A DNA stretch of 64,000 nt from Eledone cirrhosa. Its lineage: Eukaryota. The position numbers and the translations under genes were made by a program. Location: positions 389,918,001 to 389,982,000 of the forward strand of contig OZ024740.1 in the NCBI GenBank assembly GCA_964016885.1, given 5' to 3'. The notes beneath the pieces are model-generated. The model saw nothing but the letters and a program-made list of their open reading frames with translations, was not told the origin of the DNA and did not search any database. Positions 63,934 to 64,000 of this stretch are shown here, one piece after another (within the stretch, counting starts at the first letter, position 1; every line of letters starts with the position of its first letter).

Positions 63934-63938
<5 letters not shown>

Positions 63939-64000
63939 TAACAGATTAAAGTTTAAGAAAAGAATCGCTGCTTTCACCCTTAACAGAAGATTCCGTTAAG

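Overview
Eukaryotic, AT-rich, repeat-dominated DNA with no supportable protein-coding gene. Positions 1-56,356 are one uninterrupted head-to-tail satellite array that runs off the left edge. It is built from a 33-bp monomer (GTCGGAGTTAGAACCTCTATTTATTCATGTTCT; roughly 1,630 copies by hand estimate) punctuated by roughly 130 copies of a fixed 19-bp deletion derivative. The array has nested higher-order structure (periods of 99, 283, 316, 580, 613, 1,052, 1,514, ~2,008, ~5,446, ~8,800-8,900 and 9,210 bp). It also shows two variant vocabularies and increasing divergence toward a sharp right-hand edge. All long + strand ORFs in it are by-products of the 33-bp period. The last 7.6 kb is a mosaic of microsatellites and transposon relics: a hAT-type MITE with a perfect 8-bp TSD, a tandem pair of tRNA-derived SINEs bracketed by three identical 18-bp TSDs, an internally deleted RTE-clade LINE flanked by a 71-bp direct repeat, CRE-like endonuclease remnants, and a perfect 18-nt tRNA-Trp primer-binding-site sequence. 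The SINE and microsatellite landscape resembles octopus DNA; this is an inference from recollection, not a database result.
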